The notes under the pieces are model-generated. The model was not told where the DNA came from. It saw only the letters and a program-made list of their open reading frames with translations, and made no database searches. Of a stretch of DNA of 24,270 nucleotides, positions 8,334-15,194 are shown piece after piece; position 1 is the stretch's first letter, and every line of letters starts with the position of its first letter. The DNA is taken from contig JBEEGB010000447.1 of assembly GCA_041166585.1 (NCBI GenBank), positions 1 through 24,270 on the forward strand, given 5' to 3'. Source of the stretch: Acidimicrobiaceae bacterium. GTDB lineage: Bacteria > Actinomycetota > Acidimicrobiia > Acidimicrobiales > JACDCH01. Position numbers and translations under genes: made by a program.

Positions 8334-9203
8334 CTCACGTGGATGGCGTCTGCGACGACGAGCGACCTCCTGCCGCCGCGCCGCGGGCGGCCTCGGCCCG
8401 AACCGGCGCGTCAACAAGGGAACCTCGGCATGAACGGCACGGCTCGGCTCGGTCGCCGCGACGAGCACCTGGCTCGGCTCGACGGCATCGCGGAGAGCAG
8501 CCACGAGCTCATCAGCTGAAGCGAAGCGATCAGCCGGATCCTCGGCGAGGGCGACAGCCAGCACCACCACGAGCGTCGTCGGGCCGCGTGCGCCGAGTGC
8601 GGCGCGGCACACGGCAGCGAGCGACCACACGTCGCTGCGCACCGACGGCCGCGCGCCTCGTTCGACCTCGGGTGCGGTGTAGCCGGCCGCCCCACCCGCG
8701 TCCGCGGCCAGACCAAGGCCGGCAAGCCCTGCATCGGCAAGGCCAAAGTCAGCAAGCAACGCGCGCCCATCGGCCGCGAGCAGCACGTTGCCGGGGTGGA
8801 CGTCGCCGTGCACGACACCGCGGGCGTGCGCGGTGACAAGGGCGAGCCCGATGCCGGTGCCGATGGTGACCACCTCGCCCGGCGAGAGGTGACCGCGTCG
8901 CGCCAGCAGCTGCGCCAGCGAACCGCCATCGGCATGATCGAGCACGAGCGCCGGGCCCGAGCGGGTGACGAGGACGTCGCGCAGACGCACGATGTGGGGG
9001 TGATCGAACATGCCGAGCATCGCGGCCTCGGCGCGGACCCGTTCACCGCGCTGGTGGAAGAGCTTGAGGGCCACGGGCCTCGCCTTCGAGCCGGCACCCG
9101 CGCGTCTGGCCCTCCACACGGTGGCGGCCGAGCCCGAGCCGAGCTTCGCATCGAGCACGTAGGGCCCGACGGTCGCTCCTGCCCTGAGCTCGGTCCGCAT
9201 CAC
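8331..9203 (-). CDS. Soluble Hanks-type Ser/Thr protein kinase-like protein (non-RD, atypical)
   Basis: G-loop [14 protein letters not shown], alphaC Glu (RAEAAML), HPHIV, catalytic loop [16 protein letters not shown] and SDVWSL. No TM segment. The start overlaps the upstream stop (GTGA). Confidence 0.9.
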   Translation of the reverse strand: MMRTELRAGATVGPYVLDAKLGSGSAATVWRARRAGAGSKARPVALKLFHQRGERVRAEAAMLGMFDHPHIVRLRDVLVTRSGPALVLDHADGGSLAQLLARRGHLSPGEVVTIGTGIGLALVTAHARGVVHGDVHPGNVLLAADGRALLADFGLADAGLAGLGLAADAGGAAGYTAPEVERGARPSVRSDVWSLAAVCRAALGARGPTTLVVVLAVALAEDPADRFASADELVAALRDAVEPSQVLVAATEPSRAVHAEVPLLTRRFGPRPPAARRQEVARRRRRHPRE

Positions 9204-9430
9204 AGGCCGGCCTCGAAGGTGGCAGCGAGCACGAGGAGCTGGTCACCGATCGATCCAGCGCGCCGATGGAGCATGGCGTCGTCTTCGTCGAAGGCGTCGC
9301 GGTGCGGGCCGCGCCAACCGTCCTGCGCGGCGAGCACGAGACGACGACGCTCGTCGGTCACCTCCTCGAGCACACGGGCGGCCGTGCGACACGCGGTCGC
9401 GTCGGGCCGGGGCACCGGCTCAGGCACCAC
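9200..9430 (-). CDS. Short WXG100-like protein (W-R-G)
   Basis: 76 aa, two predicted helices around DGWRGPHRDAF. Overlaps both neighbouring genes. Confidence 0.7.
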   Translation of the reverse strand: MVPEPVPRPDATACRTAARVLEEVTDERRRLVLAAQDGWRGPHRDAFDEDDAMLHRRAGSIGDQLLVLAATFEAGL

Positions 9431-9698
9431 CGGCGGCCATGATGGCGTCGGTGATCATGTTGATGTTCGAGGCCAGCTCGCTGAGGCGGGTGTGGGAGTC
9501 GAGCAGCGCCTGACGCAGCTCGGGCCACATCCCGCGGAACTCCGCGGCCCTCGGTCCGTCCCACACGGCGGCGTCGGCGAGGACGTCGCCGTCGCCGATC
9601 AGCTGCTGGACGGTGTCGATGAAGCCGCTGTCGATGACCCCTCGCAGGTGGGTCACCCGCTCGATGGCGACGGGATCGGCCAGGACTCGCATGCTCAT
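9420..9698 (-). CDS. WXG100/ESAT-6-like protein (W-D-G)
   Basis: 92 aa helical hairpin with central VWDGPRAAEF and C-terminal IMAAGGA. Strong SD GGAGG 5 nt before the ATG. Immediately downstream of the FtsK-like ATPase. Confidence 0.82.
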   Translation of the reverse strand: MSMRVLADPVAIERVTHLRGVIDSGFIDTVQQLIGDGDVLADAAVWDGPRAAEFRGMWPELRQALLDSHTRLSELASNINMITDAIMAAGGA

Positions 9699-9720
9699 GG
9701 TTGCCTCCAGTTGGTGGGAT

Positions 9721-9750
9721 CTTCAGACTGTTTCATGCATTTTCATGCAT
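9721..9750. repeat. Tandem 10-bp repeat TTTCATGCAT x2 plus a third phased half-site
   Basis: TTTCATGCAT at 9731-9740 and 9741-9750. On the minus strand, TGAAA/TGAAA/TGAAG fall at 9745, 9735 and 9725 (10-bp period), upstream of the WXG100 gene. Confidence 0.65.
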
Positions 9751-12700
9751 CGTCAAGACCCGAGTTCACGAGCTGCACGACCTCGAGCTCGGACCCGTTG
9801 ACCAACCAGCCCCGGCCCGGGCCGAGCCCCACCGGTGCGCGTCTCGGCAGCACCTGCCCGAGCAGCTCGCCGTCGAGGTCGGCGTTCGGCGACAGCAGGA
9901 GCCCGACCTTCGAGCGGCGGAGCGTGCGGGTCCAGTGCTGGTAGGCGGTGCGGATGACCTCGGTGCGGGCGGCGGCGATGACGTGGGCGTGCGCGGGCGG
10001 GTGCTCGAGGAACGCCGTCAGGGCACCGTTGCGGTCTTCGACCTGTTCGGCGTCATCGATCACGAGCAGCGCGGGTCCCTCATGCGTGACGACGGCGTCG
10101 AGCGCGTCGGTGAGAGCTTCGGGATGGTGCACGCTGTCGATGCCCTCCCCGGCTCGCAGCGACGAGCGCACACCAGCCACGGCCACCACGAGCGCGTCCG
10201 GCATCGCGCGCGCGACGACGGTCGCCAGCGCCCGCAGCGCGGTCGTCCGGCCTGAGCGCGCCGGGCCCGCGATGAGCGCGTGCTCCCCCTCGTAGAGCAC
10301 GAGCCCTGCTGGTGCGAGCGCGCGCTCGCCGATGCCGATGGGCAGGAACCACGGCCGGGCGTCGATGCGAACCGCGGGCGCGACTTCGTCGACGCCGACG
10401 CGTCGAGACAGCACCCCGATGGGCGCGGGCGCGCCATCCGCAGCGTTGAGCGGCCACGACGCGGTGATGGCAACAACCGCGTCCGCCAACGGGGCGCGCG
10501 GCCGGGCGATCTGCACGAGCCTCCCCGTCTCGACGTCAACCGCCCGCCCCGGGACCATCGTGGCCGTCACGTGGCCGGGGATGCCGGCGACAGCAGCGTC
10601 GTGCGGCTCCGCCAACCGGAAGACGAGACGCTGGCGGATCAGCGCGGCCACGGCCATGGGCACCGCGCCCACGCGGTCGGCCGCGATCGCGGCGTGGATG
10701 TCGACGTCGGGACCGTCGGCGAGCACCCGCACGAGGTCGTCGACGACGGCCATGCCCGCCGCGTCACCGAACTCGGCCGCGAACCCTGCATAGCCGTCGA
10801 GCAACAGCACGAGCTTCGGCTGTCGCGCCCGCGCCTCAGCCTCGAGCGATCGGCGCCGGTCCAGCTCGGCGCGCAGGTGGCGCACGAGCCGCGCCTGACG
10901 CTCGCGCTCGCTCGCGTCGACGACCGCTCCCGTGTGCGGCAGCCGAGCGAGCGGTGCCAGCTCGCCGGCCCCGTGTGACAGGACGTAGAGGTGCAGCCGA
11001 TCGGGCGGCCACCGCCGTGCCAGCGCGAGCGCGATCGAGCCGAGGGCGGTGGTGGTCCCACTGCCACCGATCCCGATGAGGAGGAGGTTGCCGTCGCACA
11101 GCCGCCAGCCGTGACGCTCCTGGCGCTGCCGGTCCGGGTCGTCGGCGAGCGCGAAGGGCGCGCCGTCACCGTCGAGCGAGTCGAGGTCCACCGCGGCCGG
11201 CAACGGGTCGGGCCACGGCCGGCGTGGTGACGGCGCCCCTGATGCTGCAAACGCGAGCCGGGCCGCCTCCACGAGCAGCTCGAGCTCGCTCGTCTCCTCG
11301 TCCGCCGACGCGAACGCGGCGTCGTCGTCGCTCGAGGGGTCGGGACCGAAGGCGAACGGGCTCAGCCCGACCGGCGCGGGGACGCCGAGCTGCACCGGTC
11401 CGGTGCAGAGCGCGGCCTGCACGAGCGTCAGGTCCGACGGACCGAGCCGCACGAAGGCCCGGCCGGCGCGGTCGCGCGGCAAGGTCGCCGCCGCGCCCGT
11501 CCCGATGACGTCGTTCGAGTCGCCGGCGTCCTGCACGCGGAGCGCGATGCGCAGGTTCGTGTTGGCCCGGATGCTGTCGCTCACCGCCCCGGCCGGCCGC
11601 TGGGTGGCGAGCACGAGGTGCACGCCCAGGCTTCGACCGCGCTGTGCCACGCCGACCAGTGCGTCGACGAAGCCGGGCAGCTCGGCCTTGAGCGTGGCGA
11701 ACTCGTCGATCAGGACCACGAGGCGAGGCAGCGCCGGGCCGCCCTTGCGCCGGTGCTCGGCCACGTCGGTGGCGCCGTGGGCGCGCAACATCTGCTCCCG
11801 GTGGCGCAGCTCGGCCTCGAGGCAGCGCAACGCACGCTCCGCGAGGTGCTCGTCGAGGTCGGTCACCATGCCGACCGTGTGAGGGAGTCGCGCGCAGGCG
11901 TCGAACGCGCTGCCTCCCTTGAAGTCGATGAGCACGAACGTGAGGTGCTCGGGCGACACGCCCGCGGCAAGGCCGGCGACGAGGGTGCGGAGCAGCTCGC
12001 TCTTGCCCGCGCCGGTCGTGCCCGCGATGAGGCCGTGCGGGCCGTCGACGCCGAGGTCGACGGTGTACACGTCGTCCTCGGTGACGCCGATCGGTGTCCG
12101 GAGGGCGGGGTCGGCACCGGCCTCTGCCCAGCGGGCAGCCAGGCGCGACGACAGCGCGTGGACGTCGTCGCCACCGTCGAGGCCGAGCAACCCGAGCAAC
12201 CGGACGCGATCCGGGAGGCCGGCACCGACGAGGTCGAGCTCGGGATCCTCGAAGCGGGCGAGGCTGCGGGCGCAGCGGCGCGCCGTGTCGTTGGCGCAGC
12301 CCGCCACCAGCACGCGCTCGAGGCGGTCACCGGCTTGCGGGCGGTGCACCACCGCCTCGCCGTCCGGGCCCCGGAGCTCGACGACGATCGTGCAGATCGC
12401 GGGAAGGCGATCGATGGTGGATGCGAGGACGACGCCGGCGACGGGCCCGCCGTCACCCCGAAGCACCAGGCGCGCCGGCGCGCGGCGGCCCTCGGTGAGC
12501 GCCTCGTCGTCGAGCACTGCGAGCACCGTGGGGCCGACGCGCTCGGGTCCCGCGGAGAGCAGCGATTGGACGAGCGCGGCCGACGCTTCCTCGTCTCCGG
12601 CCAGCAGGCGACCGGCCCCGCCGGGTGCGCGGGTGTGCGGCAGCCACTTGGACCAGTCCCAGTCCGCGGCTGCCTCTCGGTTGGTGAGGACGGCGATGGA

Positions 12701-13987
12701 CAGGTCGGCGGGGCCGTGGTGCACCGCGGCTTGGCACACGAGCGAGCGGACCAGCGCGAGTGCCGGACCCCGCTCGCCCACCACACCCACGACCGAGCCC
12801 TGGCCCAGGTCGACACCGACGGGCGCGTCCGCGAGCTCGCCGTGGGCGGCGAGCACCCCGTCGAGCCCGGCCGAGCGGCCGCCCGCGGGAGGCGCATCGA
12901 CGGACGCTCCGACGAGCGGAGGGAGCCAGCGCACCGCGCCGAGCCCGACCCTGAGCGACAGGAAGTCGGCGTGCGCTGATCGCCGCTCCCACAGGCGCAC
13001 GCTCGGAAGCTGGGCGCGCCGAGCGACCTCGGCAAGGTCGGGCAGCGTGACGGCACGGCGTTCGAGCTCGGCGCGGGCCGCACCCGCGAGCGTCACGCCG
13101 AGGGCGCGCAGCTCAGACCGGTATCGCGCCGTGGCGCGTCGAGAGGTGCGCTTCCCCCTGCGGCGTTGCTCGAGCGAGCTGCCGATCAACATCACCGGCC
13201 CGAGGAGGGCGAACAGGGCGAACGTCGGGTTGTGGAGCACCACCACCATCACGGCCGCCATCGCGACCGGAGCCAGGACGGACGCGATGCTCAGCGCGCT
13301 GCGGCGCTCGACCGGCGCGGGCGGAGCGGGCACCTCGACGGGTTGGGCTTCGGGAGGGAGGGCAGGACGGGGCGGACGGTTGAAGGGCGTCGTGCCGGCC
13401 GCGCTCACCTCGCGCACCGATCCGCCGTCGAGGGGACGGTCGTCCACGCGATGCTGCCGGACCGAGAGCTGCAGCGCACCCACGCGCACGACGGCGTGCG
13501 ACCCGAGCGCGACGCGCCCGACGACGGCGTCCTCGCCGACCCAGGTGCCGTTGCGCGACCCGAGGTCGGTGAGCGTGACAAGGCCAGCCGGTGACACCGT
13601 CACCTCGGCGTGCCGGCGCGACACGGTCGTGGCGCTGACCGACACCGCACAGTCGGGTGACCGGCCGATCTCAGTGGGCCCGAGCGGCAACGCGTGCCGG
13701 CGACCGGCGTCGAGCCCGCCGACGACGTCGAGGTGGACGCTTCCGCGGCGATCGAGTGCGACCCGGTTGCTCGTCGGGTCGCCCGCGAGGCTCACCGTCA
13801 CGCCGTCGCTCAGCCCCGCGTCGGCGAGCGGGACGGTCGAGGGCAGGAGCCGCCGGTCGTCGACGAGCAGCGCGCCCGCGTGCTCAGGCGCGAGCGCCGC
13901 CAGCAGGTGGCCCACGGTGGCCGACGGGTCGCGGACCTGCACCGCGAGATCCCACTCGTGTCCGGCGTTGACGAAGACCAGGCGCAT
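9743..13987 (-). CDS. EccC/EssC-like FtsK/SpoIIIE ATPase with N-terminal ubiquitin-like and FHA domains (~1414 aa)
   Basis: Probable ATG at 13987 (MRLVFVN). Order of domains: beta-grasp-like ~67 aa; FHA (IGRS..VSRRHA..DLGSRNGTWV); FNRPPR; TM hairpin; DUF/D0 region; ATPase 1 (GPHGLIAGTTGAGKS, LIDFKGG, LIDEF, GRSLGVHLVLATQRP); ATPase 2 (GIGGSGTT); ATPase 3 (GPARSGRT, LLVIDD). Followed by WXG100 genes. Confidence 0.92.
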   Translation of the reverse strand: MRLVFVNAGHEWDLAVQVRDPSATVGHLLAALAPEHAGALLVDDRRLLPSTVPLADAGLSDGVTVSLAGDPTSNRVALDRRGSVHLDVVGGLDAGRRHALPLGPTEIGRSPDCAVSVSATTVSRRHAEVTVSPAGLVTLTDLGSRNGTWVGEDAVVGRVALGSHAVVRVGALQLSVRQHRVDDRPLDGGSVREVSAAGTTPFNRPPRPALPPEAQPVEVPAPPAPVERRSALSIASVLAPVAMAAVMVVVLHNPTFALFALLGPVMLIGSSLEQRRRGKRTSRRATARYRSELRALGVTLAGAARAELERRAVTLPDLAEVARRAQLPSVRLWERRSAHADFLSLRVGLGAVRWLPPLVGASVDAPPAGGRSAGLDGVLAAHGELADAPVGVDLGQGSVVGVVGERGPALALVRSLVCQAAVHHGPADLSIAVLTNREAAADWDWSKWLPHTRAPGGAGRLLAGDEEASAALVQSLLSAGPERVGPTVLAVLDDEALTEGRRAPARLVLRGDGGPVAGVVLASTIDRLPAICTIVVELRGPDGEAVVHRPQAGDRLERVLVAGCANDTARRCARSLARFEDPELDLVGAGLPDRVRLLGLLGLDGGDDVHALSSRLAARWAEAGADPALRTPIGVTEDDVYTVDLGVDGPHGLIAGTTGAGKSELLRTLVAGLAAGVSPEHLTFVLIDFKGGSAFDACARLPHTVGMVTDLDEHLAERALRCLEAELRHREQMLRAHGATDVAEHRRKGGPALPRLVVLIDEFATLKAELPGFVDALVGVAQRGRSLGVHLVLATQRPAGAVSDSIRANTNLRIALRVQDAGDSNDVIGTGAAATLPRDRAGRAFVRLGPSDLTLVQAALCTGPVQLGVPAPVGLSPFAFGPDPSSDDDAAFASADEETSELELLVEAARLAFAASGAPSPRRPWPDPLPAAVDLDSLDGDGAPFALADDPDRQRQERHGWRLCDGNLLLIGIGGSGTTTALGSIALALARRWPPDRLHLYVLSHGAGELAPLARLPHTGAVVDASERERQARLVRHLRAELDRRRSLEAEARARQPKLVLLLDGYAGFAAEFGDAAGMAVVDDLVRVLADGPDVDIHAAIAADRVGAVPMAVAALIRQRLVFRLAEPHDAAVAGIPGHVTATMVPGRAVDVETGRLVQIARPRAPLADAVVAITASWPLNAADGAPAPIGVLSRRVGVDEVAPAVRIDARPWFLPIGIGERALAPAGLVLYEGEHALIAGPARSGRTTALRALATVVARAMPDALVVAVAGVRSSLRAGEGIDSVHHPEALTDALDAVVTHEGPALLVIDDAEQVEDRNGALTAFLEHPPAHAHVIAAARTEVIRTAYQHWTRTLRRSKVGLLLSPNADLDGELLGQVLPRRAPVGLGPGRGWLVNGSELEVVQLVNSGLDDA

Positions 13988-14040
13988 GAGACGTGATAGT
14001 AGTAGTCGAAAGTCTCGAAAATGAAGGAAAGATATGGAAA
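13988..14040. promoter_or_regulatory. AT-rich divergent control region with a -10 for the EccC-like gene and four phased GAAA repeats
   Basis: By my count 18 of 46 intergenic bases are G/C. TACTAT on the minus strand (14001-13996) is 8 nt before ATG 13987. GAAA occurs at 14008, 14017, 14027 and 14037. SD AAGGA precedes ATG 14034. Confidence 0.6.
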
Positions 14041-15143
14041 GAGCTTCCGTGCCTGCCGCGCTCCTCGCGCTGGCCCACACCGCCGCCGCCCGTGAGGCTG
14101 CCCTGCTCGCCGTCGCCGCCGGGCTGGGCGAGGCGGGCGACGACCTGCGCCGCCACGCGCGGCAGGCCAGCGCGCTCGATCGCTTCGTGGGCCGCGTCGG
14201 CGCAGCCTTCGCGGCCGCGGACGACGCGCCGACCGTCCTCTTCCTCGACCCGCGTGGCGACGGGAGGATCATCGAAGTCTTCGGCGACCTCGGCACCGCC
14301 ACCAACGTCGCCATCGTCGTGCCCGGCATCGAGTCGACGCTCAGCAACGAAGCCCGCGGCCTCCGCCAGAACGCGAAGCACCTCTACGACGAGGCCCGCA
14401 GCATGCACGGCGACCACGTCGCGGTGATCGCGTGGCTCGGCTACGACACTCCGGATCTGATCGGTTCGCTGTTCGACGGCGAGGCGGGCGCCGCGGCGCG
14501 GGCGCTGGCCGACTTCGTTCGCAGCCTGCACCTGGCCGACAGCGTCACGACCACCGTCGTCGCCCACAGCTACGGCTCGCTGGTGGCCGGCGACGCGCTG
14601 CGATGCGACGGCCTGCGCGTCGACAACGTCGTCGTGCTCGGCAGCCCGGGCATGGGCGTCGGCCGCGCGTCTCAGCTGCACCTCGACGGCGCGAACCTCT
14701 ACGCCCTGCGCGCACCGTTCGACATCGTGAGCTGGAGTGAGCACTTCGGACGCGATCCATCCGACCCGCGGTTCGGCGCAGTGCGGCTCGCCACGGGCAC
14801 GGGGTCGAGCTCACCATCGGGGCACTCGTCGTACTTCGACGCCGGCACGACGTCGCTGCGCAACATCGCCGCCGTCGTCGCCGGACGTCGCGATCTCCTC
14901 CTGGTGCAGGAGCCGTCGACCGCAGAGTCGGCCGCGGCAGCGGTCGATGACCTCTGGGGGTGGACCGTCCGCCGGCCTGTCGACGACGTCCAACGTCTCG
15001 TCGATGCGGCCAGCTCAGCGGTCGAACCGGCTCAGCCGGTGGTCGAGACCGCCGATCGCTTCGTCGACCTGGGACAGCGCCTCACCAGCCCCGATCTCTG
15101 GGAGAACGTGGCCGAGGATCTCTGGCACCGTGTGACCGGGTAG
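14034..15143 (+). CDS. Alpha/beta hydrolase (DUF1023/Abhydrolase_8-like) with N- and C-terminal helical extensions
   Basis: VFGDL..A.NVAIVVPG, VAVIAWLGYDTP, nucleophile AHSYGS, VVLGSPGMG, Asp in PFDIV, and His in GHSSYF. Confidence 0.85.
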   Translation: MERASVPAALLALAHTAAAREAALLAVAAGLGEAGDDLRRHARQASALDRFVGRVGAAFAAADDAPTVLFLDPRGDGRIIEVFGDLGTATNVAIVVPGIESTLSNEARGLRQNAKHLYDEARSMHGDHVAVIAWLGYDTPDLIGSLFDGEAGAAARALADFVRSLHLADSVTTTVVAHSYGSLVAGDALRCDGLRVDNVVVLGSPGMGVGRASQLHLDGANLYALRAPFDIVSWSEHFGRDPSDPRFGAVRLATGTGSSSPSGHSSYFDAGTTSLRNIAAVVAGRRDLLLVQEPSTAESAAAAVDDLWGWTVRRPVDDVQRLVDAASSAVEPAQPVVETADRFVDLGQRLTSPDLWENVAEDLWHRVTG

Positions 15144-15194
15144 CGCGGCGGGTAGTGGGATAGACCGGTGCCCTCGACGGGGAAGGACATGCGC

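Noticed and set aside
8321-8460. SigH/SigR autoregulatory promoter (GGAAT/C-N17-19-GTT) upstream of sigH
   Set aside because: A GTT is present at 8330-8328, but the matching -35 position reads GCAGAC. I found no convincing GGAA motif.
9420-9698. Enzymatic ('pyrophosphorylase'-type) label that I recall being attached to similar small proteins
   Set aside because: A 92-aa helical hairpin with central WxG beside an EccC-like ATPase has no catalytic motif. WXG100-like is better supported.
13997-14006. TAGTAGTAGT triplet repeat in the ATPase promoter as a phase-variation tract
   Set aside because: About three units is too short to support slippage-based switching without population data.
13988-14347. 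120-aa N-terminal extension of the FtsK-like ORF in the track
   Set aside because: It overlaps the divergent hydrolase gene and the AT-rich promoter islet. ATG 13987 has its own -10.
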